From Veleropilina oligotropha (lineage: Eukaryota), in NCBI GenBank assembly GCA_048128005.1, contig JBEUKZ010000067.1, positions 124,001-188,000 on the forward strand: a stretch of 64,000 nt of DNA, given 5' to 3'. Below the pieces are notes generated by a model. It was not told where the DNA came from, did no database searches, and saw only the letters and a list, made by a program, of their open reading frames with translations. The position numbers were made by a program, and so were the translations under genes. Of the stretch, positions 9,110 through 24,100 are shown piece by piece; position 1 is the first letter of the stretch, and the number at the start of each line of letters is the position of its first letter.

Positions 9110-12100
9110 CTGAAAAATACAATAAAATAATGTAAACATTATCATGACATTGATTTCAGTCCAAAATCAGTTATTTTGGATTGTGGATCATTATGTGAAC
9201 CGCTGTGGTAGGTTGGTTACCTGACCTGTCATTTATAATGAAAATGCAATACATTCTAATTGAAATCCTGGTAAAATACACGTACTATCTTGGTTTGTGA
9301 TAGAAATTAAGCCATGAAAAATAATTCTCACTTCCGGATAGATTTCAACCAGAGTTCTGAGATGACATGCAATGCCTGAACCTATTCCGCTATATGAAGA
9401 AATTCAGAATGACCAATTAATTGATTTGTGCAATGGTCTTTGGACGATTATTATGCTTGATCCGAAACACCTGTCATGCACCATGATTACATTATATATA
9501 TATATGGGTCCTCTAATACTTTAAAGTGCAAAATCTCTCTTTGTGTAACGCTAATGGTAGAGCTTCAATCAGACAAAATAGTTTCAATCCAGCAGTCACG
9601 CAATAGAGTGCCGCGAAGATTATCTTCCCAAAATGTTAATAATCTAATACTTATAGAACTGCAAACTCTCTCTCATCTCTCTCTCCCGCTCTATCTCTCT
9701 GTTAGGCGACGGACTACGGGAGATAACTCTAGACTAGTTACATTAGCATGCATGTACCATTGGTGTGGTGGAAATCGAAGTAGTTCTGGTTGTCGTTCAG
9801 CAGAGATCCCCCGGGGACCCCGTGATCCTGCCACCACCCGATGTCCGTGCCCCCGCCTCCAGGAATCATACGCGTGGCGTTGACCTTACCCAGCAAATTC
9901 ACGATCGACTGCATAATTTCTGATGCAGCTTTATTTCCTAAGAATAAAAAGTTTAAAATAGTTTACCACTAAACTAAACTAAACTGAAATAGTACAGTAC
10001 AGTTGATAACAAAACTATTGCACTAGTGTAGGGAAATAATCACATACTATTAATTTGCGTCGGTCCATACAGCCGATTTGACTTGATACCTGTTTGGCAG
10101 CATGTTAGTCATAACCCTATCTGCATGTATTGTCTGTAATGTTCTTAGAGAAATTTGGGATGTACTCTCAGGAGAACATGCCAATAACCAGCGAGGTAAT
10201 GTGAAGTCGTAAGATCATGTATAATATTATATGTGATAGTGAAATGAAGACAGTATGTGCTTAATTATTACGTGGAACAAGATGATAAACCAGCACCTTG
10301 GCCTTTCACAAAGCATGCATTCGTAGAATGTTACAAATTGTCTTTGTTTTTCCATCAGTTTCATATTTCGTCACGACTAAACTGTAAATCTCTGATGAAG
10401 TATGTACTAGACACCAGAAACCGATATATCTCATGATAACAGTTGCATAAAAAGAACAAAAAACTGTAGAGTAATTTACATCTGTCAGAGAAAATATGGT
10501 TTAATTATTAAGTTTAAATTGCCTACCTTTAAACTCGAGTCCATGCGGCAAGAATGTTCCCTCATCAGATTCGAGCACCAAATCGTAATTGCTAATATTA
10601 ACCTGTAAGTAGAAAACACAGGGTGCAGTGTGTGGTCTTCTATGCATATAAAACATCAATTTTACAACAGTATTCCTGATATAAATGCTCAGATATGCCC
10701 TAGTTATTTAAAAGTTAACAATGCAATATTACCAAACGGCTACGCCATATTTAATTTGGAAACAACCGAAAGGACCCATATATAAACAATTCAGCTAGCA
10801 TACAGTTAGAAGTTGTAAGAATTCAAAAGAATTGAATTTTGAGGATAGATATGTTCAATGGCTTTTACATTAAATGTAATTGGCCCATTTAAACATATAT
10901 GTACATGCAGTACAGTATAAAAGATCAACATTTTCTCAAGTTTTATATCAATGGTCAATGTGTTGCATGGATGGATTGATGCTTAATGTCATGTATATTT
11001 ACAACCATCAGGTTCAAGGCAGGAGGAGTCCACATTATTGCGGGAGAAAAGCCTGGTCGCCTAAGGAACCAGCCAGTTACGCACAATTGCTATTGATAAC
11101 TGAAGAAAGAATGTTAATGCCCCAGCCGAGATTCTAACCCACTCCTTTTAGTTAGCGCAATCGAGGCAGTGATTTCAGTCACCACTCGATACCACATGAC
11201 TACCGAGGCGGCCCAGGTGATGCATTTATTTTACCTTGTGTCTTTCATAATACTGTAGGGAGCCCACTCCGCCTTGCTCCTGAAAGAAATCAAATGAACA
11301 GTGAACAACAGATTCCATCTACATTGAAGAAATAGCTGACTTTCAACGAAACAACTTCACAGTTCAACACAAAGAAATTTTAGAGTGTACTAAGGAGAAC
11401 GTCATAAGTTTCCGAAAACCTCAAGTTGGTAGAGGTATATAAGTAGCTATATATATATAGTGCCATAATGGCATTCAGCATTACCGATGTAGAATGGTAC
11501 GATTATTACTGATCTGGTGAAAATGTCTTTAGCACATTACTAAATGCTAATTAATTTCAATACCTATCCTTATGAACTTTGCTATATTTCATTGTCATCG
11601 GTCAAACTTTGTTATGTTTTTATCCTCCTTTTATAATGCTGCCATATGTCATGATGAGATCACTTGCCATATAAGTATATATGATAATATTGAGCTGTAA
11701 ATTCACCAAAAATGTGGCATTCATCCATTACCTTGATATAACTAAATATCACTTTTATCATAAAGAAATTATAAATATTACTGAAAGAAAGTTAATTACT
11801 TCTGCGGAATATATGAAACACCAAATTATCGAACAAGCATATTACTAGACCAACAATTTACAGGCATTGTCAATGAGGGATGCAATCATTTTATACATGA
11901 AACATGATAGATTTATGCATTTCAAGAACAATATAGGAACTATATTACAAGAAAATAATAATATAAATTTTACTGACCAATTTGTATTTTATTTTCTGTG
12001 GCCTGCATGAATATTCATGATATGTTCCATACAACATACCAGGCTGATCAAACAATTATTATGTTCACTCCACTTCTACATGGTGTAGAGTCTTTGGTTC

Positions 12101-15100
12101 GATTACTAAGACAATTAATCCGCTGGTTTGGAGTAATCCTCTGTACATGTATATGAGCAAACTTTCCTCAGATTTTCAAATATTCAGTTCACTTTAGCAC
12201 TTTAATAGAATAATCCATAAGTTGCAATTGACAAATTGAATGTTATTGTTAAGATGTGCAATTAAAAAATGAAAATCCTGCAGTGTCTTGTTTGATACAG
12301 ACTTATATGCTGAACACTTTAAAGCACACAGGATAAAAGACCTTATCAAAGTCACTGCTGTAAGATAATGTTAAATGCAGCAACTAATCAACATTTATTG
12401 AAACAGTTCAATTCTTTATTATTATATAGAAGCTTACATTAAAAAGTCTGTAAGTATATGAGGCAATAATTATTAATTTGCTGTATATAAATTGCTTCAT
12501 AAATAATCTGCACTCCATAGGTTACACATTAAGACATTGTGATACGACCAACCTCTGATGTCCACATGACCATTCGTAAGGTTCGCTTTGGGCGCAATCC
12601 CAGATGACGAATCAGAGAAAGGGCCTAATAAATAACATAAAAGCAATATTTATGATTATTCTTTCTCTGAAAATTATTGTGCACTACAGGATCTAAACAC
12701 ATAAATCATACAGGAATTAATATTATTACAAAATATCAAGTGTCATTGAAACTAGAATTCACATCACACTGTGTATGTTGATACTGGACTTCATTGTGTA
12801 GATATATATTATAATGGATACCTTTGGGAGTCTGTTGATTAGCATGGAAGCTTCCGAGACCTCCCAGTCTCTTCATCAGTCATTTTTGTTATGACATCAC
12901 CCTCGGTCATGTGAAATTGTTTCACAGAAGATTGCTAGACAGCAAGCTGAACCACTCAGTAGATGCTGAGGGACCTAAGATACTGGCCAAATAGGACAAC
13001 TGGTGGTGGCGCAAGGTCAGGGAGGCCATAGAGACCCGTAACAGAACCAGCCCAGCCTCAACAGGGACCAGGGATACGAGCTGCCTGCTGTCTACAGAAA
13101 TCTTCTGTCATGTGACACAATGTCACATGACCGAGGGTGACGTTATAACAACAATGACTGATGAAGAGACCGGAAGGTCTCGAAAGCTTCCATGCTAATC
13201 AACAGACTTCCAAAGGTATGTACGATATTCGACCTATTTAGCGCCCGCTTAAAAAATTGGCATAGGGGGACGCTAAATAGGATTTATTTTAATACGTAGT
13301 CAAATACATATATTATAAGAACGGCGAAACTTTTTTCGTTGAATTTAGATAAATATGATAAAATAACGATATTAAATATGGAACACTGTCGTGAGACCTG
13401 TGGTATTTTAGTTATATTTATTCCTAAATATTAATGTTGTTACGTAAAAATACATCGCGACGCTCACTTTGACAGCAGTGTGAACCGACAATGAAAAGTG
13501 CAGGTGAGACCACGTGTCGCACGGGCCATTGACAAGTTGGCAACGCATTGTAAATCTATCAAACTTGGTCAAATATACTATTACTTAATTAAATGAACTA
13601 GCAATGTTATTTACAAAGAAATAATTATTTACAACGTCATCTGTCCTGGTAACAAATTCATTGCTAGAGTCATTCGCGTAGTAATCGTTGAGGCTCGCAA
13701 ACATCTCGCTTTCATTGAATATCAACTCTCCCACGCAAAAACATGGTAAGGAGTATTCCTACCCTTTTCGTTGGAGAGTGCAGCACAGGGGGATAACCCG
13801 TGCGGGAAACCGAAAGTGAATCTTCCGTCGAAGTAATATGAATGTGCAACGTATATTTGGGGAAGTTATCTTATTAAATTTGAGTAAAAAACGATATTCA
13901 AGCAAACTGTTAGATGTTTCCATTATCTATGTAAGTAAAAATATTCCTCAAAGGGGGCACTTATACATGTAAAATTTTAAATATGCTAGGGGTGCTTATA
14001 GGAGCAGGGGCGCTAAATAGGTCGAATACGGTATTATAATACAGTCGATTCCACTTAATAACATAGGTACGTTGTCAGAGAAAATTATGCTATTAACCGA
14101 ACTATGTTATTATCCGAATGGCATATTGTGAGAAAAAATATCGGGAAAGGGAGATAATCAATTGCTGTTATATCCCGTCAATTATATGCTTTGAGGTGTT
14201 CAAGTCTTTGTAATATTAAGTTAATTGATACTTATAATAATAATCAGTCTTATTTCAGGCAACTGTTGCAGACTTTAATGTTTATTCATTCAGAAAGGAC
14301 TAGGTCTTGATGTACACGTACCTTGATTATCATCAACTTGTAATCCGAAACAAGATGGAAGACGCGAATGATTGACAGTTCTGATGCAACATGTATAGTG
14401 TTGTAACAAAGTCATATGTATACTTGTTGTCAGTGTAATGTTTGGAGAAAATAAATATATGTACAAGCATCAATATATATTGCTCTTGTAGTTCGTTATT
14501 TGATAGGAAATGTGCATTAATTCAAATAAAAACCACGCCAAATAAGTGAATTCTCCCTTATGACATTATCCGCGAGAGAAAGATCATTACGTTTACGTTT
14601 ACTAGCCATATTGATTGTGGAATGTCCGAATGCTACAAGCCCTGCACAAATATAGGTTCCATTTAAAAATCTAATTAATCGCATTATGGATTGTCGGCTG
14701 TTTACAAAGTGAACGATACGTCTGTTGCAAGTAAGCTTTGAACTATTGTCAATTTTCACAGGTCGTATTGTCGCGATTTTGTGCGACACGTTGTATAATT
14801 GTATGGCATTGTGGGCCTTCCATAGGTTGATTGCGAGTGGCATATGTAGAAATTGACATTTCGGGATAACTGTTTAGTGATGTTCATTTCCCTGTGCAAT
14901 TTCCGTCTAAGCGTGCAATGTCTACTCTATTATTCAAATAAAATTGATTGGCTCTCCACTTGTAGCTATTTAAAGGAAAGCAGTAATTGCTCGACGCTCT
15001 CAGTCTTGTGTCGTGTTCTATTCGTGTTGAAATGCCTGTGATGTAAGTTTTCGTGAGTGTAAGTGATGTAACGTCGTGTGTTGTCCATTTTGTCTTAACC

Positions 15101-18100
15101 TCGTTAATTTTATTATGTAGAGAGCTACTTCCTTTCTTTGTTGATAACTATAATTCATAAAACCGACCCTTAATTATCACTAACAGTCTATAGTTTTCCA
15201 TAATGATGTTCCCTTCCTATCTGGTAAATGATCTTAATTATGGTATTTACGTCTGCTAATTATAATTATTTATATTCTATGCTCTATTTTAGTAATAGGT
15301 TATTGAGAATTATGTTTGTAACTTACGCGACTTTGGATCATACAGTCGACCTTGCGGTGACGAATTGCGAACCTTCCTTACGTATGCGGTCAAGACCGAA
15401 GGCAATTGTACGCGCAGTGAAGATTGTATTGTATCCGCCTTGGTCAAATAGCATGTTTAGCTTCAACTTATTATTCGTAGATTATTATGTATGACACTGC
15501 TATAAGTTAAATTGTTAACTGATGCCAATGTTAACACTTTGTGATTTTTTACGTTCTTTTAGCGAGGTAACTTTAATTACTGGTTAATGGTAACATGACT
15601 ATTTTTTACTCGCGATACGATAAACTTAATATAACGGTTAAACGTAATATAATTATTGAGTGCTAATTATGCATTTTCGTTCTTAAGTTCATTAAGCGGG
15701 GGATGTATTTCTTTCTATTCTAAGACTAATTTTTATGATGTGAATCTTGTGTTTTGGTGCGTAAAGTTATGTACGCTAGACCTCTGCGAGTTGTCGATTC
15801 GAATTGAGTGCTAAATACGCCTCTATCGCATATATCGACTTCTACTCTGGTGGTGAGGGTTGTTAAATGACGAAGATCGTTAGAAGAACGATCGTCATTG
15901 CGATGACAACGTCGTGTTCGTGTTTGTTTATGTCGACGGACATTTTCGGCCTCGGATGCGTGTTATCGGGTTTTATGATATAACTCAAGATTCACATATG
16001 CAGTTTTGCTAGTTGACATGGTTAAACTTTAATTATTACTAGAGTCATTTTTTTAAATTTATCCGTCGAGGTATTAACTATGTTTTCTCCCCGTATTTTG
16101 TATTTTAATACGTATTCAAAGTTTAATCGCTATTCGATTTCCGGTCACAAAGTGTTGCACTCAAACCTTGTTATCGTTCTGTTTATACCAAATTATTCCT
16201 GCTGTAATGTTGCAATTCAATCATTAACTAAAGCTTATTATGTCAAATTGTTACATCACTATAAATTATACATACCATCAAGTGAAATTATATAAAATTG
16301 TGATATTGTCAACGCTTGATGCGTAATGAAAAATAAAGGGTTAATAAATGAATATATTAGTTTCTGGATATCTGTTGTTGATTGGAATATATAACGGTTT
16401 GAGCGAAGCAAAGTTTACGTCGGGAAAAGACGTTGTGTTTATCTGAAAATTGAGAGTATTGTCCGTCACAACGCACAATTTCATACGCGATATATTTTCG
16501 TAAGGAATCCATGTGGCGCCGTTTTCATGTTTAATCTGGACTGAGTGTGTCTATGTACTCTGGTGGTGGCAGTTTAATAACTAAATATTCTATGATACAT
16601 TGGCTCCTCTTTACAGATTATTGGTAAACGTTACTATCGCTACTCTACGAGACGAATTATGGGTGGAACCAGTTGGCCTTGTTGTTGTAGTCAGCCTTGT
16701 AGTGGTTTACCGTGACCGACAGTTGGGGCACGCTACCTTACATCTGTCGAGTTGTCAGTTACGGGAGACTACTGCGTGTCTGAAAAAATGTTTGGTAACA
16801 TACAAGCGGCGTTGTGAGACCGCTCCGGTTCGCCACAGTATTGATGACGCTAAGACGTTAATCAGCTTACGGTCACACATTCATCTACTCACTTACTAAA
16901 TGTGTTTTTTTTAATAAACAAATGTAATCTTACTTCACTAAACAATAAAACCACAGAAATAATCCCACATCAATGTAAGATTAGAAATGTATGCAGCAGA
17001 GTTTACTCTGTAGGCCTACTTGTGCCGCCGTCCATAGCCCTATTGACTTACATGACAGCAAACCATACAATGAAGGATCCCGACTTGACCTGGTTTCTCA
17101 TTGGCGGTAAACAATCAAAGTGTGACCATGCATTTTCGCTATTGTCGCTGGAGTGACATTGCATGGTGTTAACCAACACAATGTTAAAGAAATAGCTTTT
17201 ATTGAAAATAATATAACCAGGTTTGTGCTAAATAAATATTTAATAGGATAGTACATTTGCAGCAACATTTATTTCCTATATAACACATAATAAATACATG
17301 CACGACGCTGTTATGCGTCTGAGACATGTATTTTACGTCTAGATATGACCAAATACCGTATTTTATAGTAACTTTCCGGGGAAAAAATATGATAAAAGCC
17401 GAAATTACCTATTTTAGGAATTGTTATTAGCAGGAATATTTAACACATGAATAATAGTAAACGATTCGGTGTTTGACAAATCTATTTTAATAAACGAAAT
17501 ATCTTTAATATAAAAAGGTATGTTATTAAGTGGAATCGACTGTATATAGTATTCTCTTGCATTTATTTATATCTCGAGAGATTAGGATGCCTACAAGCTG
17601 CCAACTGCTAAGGATCACCATTAAGATACCAATTATACATAATCTATTATCGGTGGGAATTTTATCTGTGATATACCCTTATCAAAATGTTTAGATATGG
17701 CTGCCTTGAACTATGAAAACACAGCTGACCTTCAACTGAGTGTATAAAAGCATTATATATACTAGCAATGGTACCCGTCTCCGCCGGGTAAGTCCCCCCA
17801 CCCAATTTTTTTTTTTTTTTTTTTGGATAGTGCTCCCTTAAATTTTTTTTTTTTTTCCCGAATTTTCCGAATTTTTTTCGTGGTAAACCTTCCTTGGGGG
17901 ACCCCGATTAACCCCCCAAAGTTTGAAGGTCCTAGGTCAAAGCGTCTGGGAGGAGTTCAACTTGAAACAGACACACACACACACACATAAAATTATAGCT
18001 CCATTATATGAAGATATATAGTAAATTTTTTTTTGTTTCCCGAATTTTCCGAATTTTTTTCGTGGTAAACCTTCCTTGGGGGACCCCGATTAACCCCCCA

Positions 18101-21100
18101 AAGTTTGAAGGTCCTAGGTCAAAGCGTCTGGGAGGAGTTCAACTTGAAACAGACACACACACATAAAATTATAGCTCCATTATATGAAGATATATAGTAA
18201 ATTTTTTTTTGTTTCCCGAATTTTCCGAATTTTTTTCGTGGTAAACCTTCCTTGGGGGACCCCGATTAACCCCCCAAAGTTTGAAGGTCCAAGGTCAAAG
18301 CGTCTGGGAGGAGTTCAACTTGAAACAGACAGACAGACAGACACGCCCGCATACAATTATAGCTCCATTATATTAAGAGATATATTTAATAATATATATA
18401 TATATATTGTGACTGTACACTTATTATTATGTGACTACATATTTATTTTGCGCATTTATTACTGCTTGTACTGTTCATGTTATCATGCAAGAAAGTGCTT
18501 TATCAACAACACATTGATGACAAAGCAACGTATGCATTTTCCTGTTAAATATTACTTGTTTATTATAGACACCAATTCATTCTACCAGCATTAAAACATT
18601 TATCAATGACAAAATAAACATTGTTATCTCTCATATATTTACCTGCCAGGAGATGAATGCCCCGCCCCCATCGTCCATGGCTCCTTGACCGACGTCCCAG
18701 CTATCTAGGTGACCGCTCACCAGGACAATCTAGACAGAGAACGTGTTAGTATGACATGCAAACATCGTGTTTATTCTTAATACTAGCATTGGTACCCGTC
18801 TCCGCTGGGTAAGTCCCCCCAGCCCCAATTTTTTTTTTTTTTTTTTGGATAGTGCTCCCTTTTTATTTTTTTATTTTTTTCTCCATTATATTAAAAATGA
18901 TAGTAAATTTTTTTTTTTTTGGCGAATTTTCCGAATTTTTTTCGTGGTAAACCTTCCTTGGGGGACCCCGATTAACCCCCCAAAGTTTGAAGGTCCTAGG
19001 TCAAAGCGTCTGGGAGGAGTTCAACTTGAAACAGACAGACAGACAGACAGACCCACATACAATTATAGCTCCATTATATTAAGATTATATTAAGATTACA
19101 AAATGTAAATGAAATCTGCATTTTATGATAACGAAAATACTAAAACAAAGCAACTTCCAATAATGGTAATTGACAAATTTATCCGTATACACAACTAGAG
19201 TTATTTCCCGTTGCGTTACACAGAGATTACAGTTATAAGTATTAGATTATTTACAACAAATATTTAATTCTGATCACAATTTTAAATGTTTTAAAAGAAA
19301 TTAAACTATGCCTAAAGACAGTAAATTAAATTATGATTTAATTTAAATAAAAGCAATGTTGTGGTTAGTTTTTTGTTTAATTATTGTCACGTTTTAACTT
19401 CTATTGTTAATGTCATATAGAGACAATCGTTATAGTTCATAATATTTGGGATATAAGCCCAGATTATCTGATGAGTTATGTTATGAATGACTGCAACTAT
19501 TAATTCGACAAAGTTTTGCGAAGTCGCATAGCAAGTACCAGAAAATTGTGAGAAACACTCTAACCAACTTGGTCTTAAAATTGATCGCTTACGGGTACAT
19601 AAATACTTCAAATATATACCTGATTTGGATAGGTATGGCCAACGATTTCTGCCACAGTGTTTCTGGACGTTACGTTGGGCAATGTCTCGGCATTCATCTT
19701 CAAATTCACTATTATTCTTTCACCTATTAAAAATATTATGCATATCCAATCTAGCTAACCAGCAGTATGCCAAGATACACAATTATTAAAGAATATTAAA
19801 AAATTGCAACAAATTTATAACACTTACAAATTCAGCCTAATAGTATGATATATGTTTGGGATAAACAACAAGATGTGTTGAATAGTTCAGAGAGACGCCA
19901 ACCAGCTGAGGTTCTTTGTCGAAACTATTCAAAATAATCGAGTTTGACAATTAAAAAATAACTTGATTCACCATTAGAAGCCTCTAATGAAACTAATCAC
20001 GGTTGAATAGGTCTTGTTTTACAATTGATTATTTGAATGGACCGAAAACACCGAACAGATGAGCTCAATGACTATTTCCCTACAAGTGAATAGTGTGAAT
20101 AAACAACCGCCCAGAACAATAAATGACTTCATGTTTTAAACACAGTTAATCATTATGTTTTGTATTTGTATAGCAATCATGATTAATATGTCGAATAAGA
20201 CATTGAACAGTTTAATGCATAAATAAAATTATGATCTCCTGTTGTTTTGCATATAAATAGTAATTCTTAGCTGAGCTTTAGCATGGCCTGGCATACACCC
20301 TACCTCTGTCTGACATCCGCTGCATCATCTCTGCATCTTCCACCGTGATGCAAGCTGTCGGAATTTTGGTTACATTTTTTTCATAATCCTGAAAGAAATA
20401 AACGTTATTGCCTATCAAACTGCCACAGTAATATTCCTTAATATTCCTTGTTGCAGAGGTTCAGATTTGATCATCAGTCTACGCAATTTCCCTTGGACTA
20501 GGAAATAAGCATAATTAAAGCTGCAAAGCAGCTGTACAGGGCTTCAAGCTGATCGTGCGCAATTCATTTTTTCGATATAAGACGTTTAAAGTGAAGCATG
20601 AAAGCGGAGCAAACGTAACTTAGCATATGCACTCATACGTCTGCGAAGTTTGAACAGTCTAGTGAAAGCAAAATAAAAGTTATGGCAAATTAAAAAATTA
20701 TTTTTTTTCGAAAATTTACAATATTTACATTTTTTTCGATAATTTAAATGTTTTGGGAAAATTTAATTTAACAAACGTAACAGCATATGCAGAATAAGAG
20801 CTATGGTCAAATTTTTTTTAAATTAAGTAAATACACAAAAATAAATTGGCCTTGACACATTGACATAATAATCATTGGCAGGCAAGCGCTTATGGTATAT
20901 AAGTAACTTGTTGACATATAGTGTGCCCACATGCTGGAGAGACATTGTATATGGTAAGGTTCACAATCTTAAATATCTTTTTGATAACGGAAATGTGCTA
21001 AACATGTTCCTAAACGGCTCCAATTAAACAAACTAAATGTAACTTGCAACATGTTAAAACGAATCTTTATTTTTATGTAACAAACTATTTATATTAAAGT

Positions 21101-24100
21101 CCTTATGGACATTATTAAGGAATGTTTGTTCAAGAAGAGATGCAACACAACAGACCAGTAAATGTTGATAGAAGCATTTCGCTCTACCATTACGCAAATT
21201 TACGGTATCATTATGTATAGGTTAACCAACATGGGACTGTTGATTCTTGAAAAATAATTAATTTTCAAGAATCAACAGTCCCAAGTTGGTTAACTTATTT
21301 AATCCATTTTGACAATATTAGCTATTTGTTATATTTTAAACATTATTATATACATGAAATCGCCAATTTAAAAACAATACGATAGAAATTTTGTACGAAT
21401 TGGGGTTTACTCTCCCAAAACTCCTGTCGGATCCCATTCCTAATTAGTTGAAGGCGCCGCTTAATCATGGTTATGAATAGACGTTTAATGTGCTCGTTAA
21501 GTGCAATTATACCGGCATGCACGGCGAAATATTTTTGCGTCACGATGTTGTACATTTCAAAGCACGCTACACTTGGCTTCAGAATTTTGACCAGAGCACA
21601 CGTGGGATTTACCTCTGCAGAGAGCATCAGGTATAGTATAATATTGCAAATATATGTTGTATTTTAACGACATTTCTGTGATATAATATTTAAATAGCTC
21701 TCGGTGTTCGTTTCAAAGTAAAGCAATGGAACATCGTTCATATGAACAACAGCATTATATGGAGTATTGCCAGATTCTTCTGAACGTTAAACGTGTATTA
21801 CATTTTCTTCATTTGGGTAACGAATTTAATGTGCTTGAAGTTTGTTGTCAGTGCAAAAATGTTGTCTACGCGTTAAAATAATTAATATTTTCTTTTCAGT
21901 GTCCAAGTGTACTAGAATGGACTCGTCCGCAGATAAATTTACCTCTTTGGATTATATACTGCGTTAAACATGCTTTCCTCATTTTCTGGAATGGAATCGT
22001 CCATAGCATGGAATTAATGCACATAACGCTTGTTTAATTGGTCTTTCAAGCAGACACAATGATTTTGTAGCAGTGGATTCGTGAAAAATAATCTACAGTT
22101 AATACAATGGAAAAGTAGGTCAAAATGGATTAACATACGGTATCATAATACACATAATAATAATTTTGTATAGATCTCCAAAATGGTGGTTTACATTTCT
22201 GTTCCGTAACTTTTCATTATGCAATGAATATTAAACAACTTTTGATGCATAATAACTTTGAATGAGTCCGGCTGCTCCAACAGTCGTGTGATTAATGGTT
22301 TACAAACTCTGAAATCACTGGTCAACTTGATTCCACTGACACGAACAGTAGTGGGTTCGAATATTGGTTGGGACTAAGTCTATCTATATAGTTAATATTA
22401 CCTTGATTTTATAAATTTAACTACACTGTCAAAATACATAAAGTCATATCAGCGGGTAACAAAACATACAGACTACCCTGTGATAACGAAAAATGTGTCA
22501 TCACAACGGAAAATTCCATCACCGACGAGCATGGGCATATTCGCCAAAATTTAAATGATGCCAACTTTCATTCCTTATATAGCCTGCGTGATTCACAAAC
22601 CGGCAGATTCGCCAAGCGCCTGTGAAAGCTGTACACACTCAGTCGTGCGTCTTCTGTTGCGCGCGACTCCATGCTCGCCGTTCTATGTTGTTTATTCAGC
22701 AATTTAATGTAATAAAGATCGAATTTTTCGGCGCACTCGTGATTGACATGGAATTAAATAATGCAAAGTGTTCCGATACCTAAAACAACGAATGGTGTCT
22801 CGTATTATAATTAGTACATGAAGTTCTTGTGACATCCTTATGAAGAAATATTTACAGGAGACTTCCATAATACTTCGTCACATCCGAGTATTAGAGTTAT
22901 CCAAGTTCGACTTATCAGGGTTTAATTTAGAGATATTATACAGCAACTCAGCCGGGACAAAGACATGACATCAACAAATCCCGGTATTCGAGTTATAATA
23001 GTTTGGCACAACGATGTTTAATTGTATATTGCGTATACCGGATGACTAAATGTACTGTTGCGCCGATATTATTTCATGAAATGATGTGTGGGTGCTCAGC
23101 GCAAAATGAGGTTTTTAATTAAACCTAATATTAGTTAAAACATACTTACGTCCTTACTCTTGCCATAATAGTCATATTATCGCCAACCGGAAACAGTGAA
23201 TAAAGTCACATTATGCACTCCTTTTAAGTCAAAACACTACGATCACCTCCCCTGCTCCCCCTCTCCTAAGTTCCCCCAGCGAGATCTCGCCAAGTCTCGC
23301 GAGACTTCCGAACCATCGAAGTCACAAGACCTCAATTCAAAGTTCAGAACCCCAAAGGAACTTAGTAGAGGGGAGGAATGCGAAACGCAGGGTGGGTAAT
23401 CGTAGTAAGGACGTAAGTATGTTTTAACTAATATTAGGTTTAATTAAAAACCTCATATGTAGTTACAAACATACTTACGTCCTTACTCTTGCCAGAATAA
23501 CCTTGGATAGGTGGGTAAGAAGTTCCTTACAGCAAACCCAAACAAGATAATGACTTACTTTTCACCATTTCAATCAGCATGAAGCGTCGATTGTGTCCGC
23601 CCAGAGTGGAATTTACTGAGTATTATATTCTACTCTTACCAAGCGAGAATTTCGACCAGTGTTACCGGGAGAATACGCCGTGGTGTTAGTCGGACGAGGT
23701 GAAGCGGAAGTGCACTCAGCCCCAGGCACGGCCGGAAGGATTATCCTTGTAGGTCTTACGTGTCATGGACCAGTGGCAGGCAGCCAAATGGTACTCCGGC
23801 CCGTAGGCAGGTAGCCAGAGGAAGCAGTCGGATTTGTAAGCACACGGAACCTTAGTTAGGCTGTGAATATATCAAATCTTAAGCAAAGAATTAATAGATT
23901 ATTAATAATAATCGATATTAATAAGTAATTCGCATGACCAACTTGCGAATAGCTAACATGAGTACAACATGTTACTTAAAATAAATTTTAAGGAAGCAAA
24001 TATTAAAAAATTTTCAATGTCTTGAACATCGTATGTTCTTTGTAACAGCCTAGAACATCAATAATATTGAACCTCAAAATTCTATAAGACGTTTACGCAA

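Noticed and set aside
10391..10430. CTGATGA...GAAA hammerhead-like spacing
   Set aside because: Stem II does not pair convincingly; at best a decayed copy.
17762..18378. Regular repeats resembling a CRISPR array, and recurring [14 protein letters not shown]s
   Set aside because: No unique spacers, no cas genes, eukaryotic context; these are Helitron modules and the ORFs are incidental.
23196..23399. Duplicated small [13 protein letters not shown] (also 30154-30381)
   Set aside because: Translation of the DIRS ITRs, not a gene.
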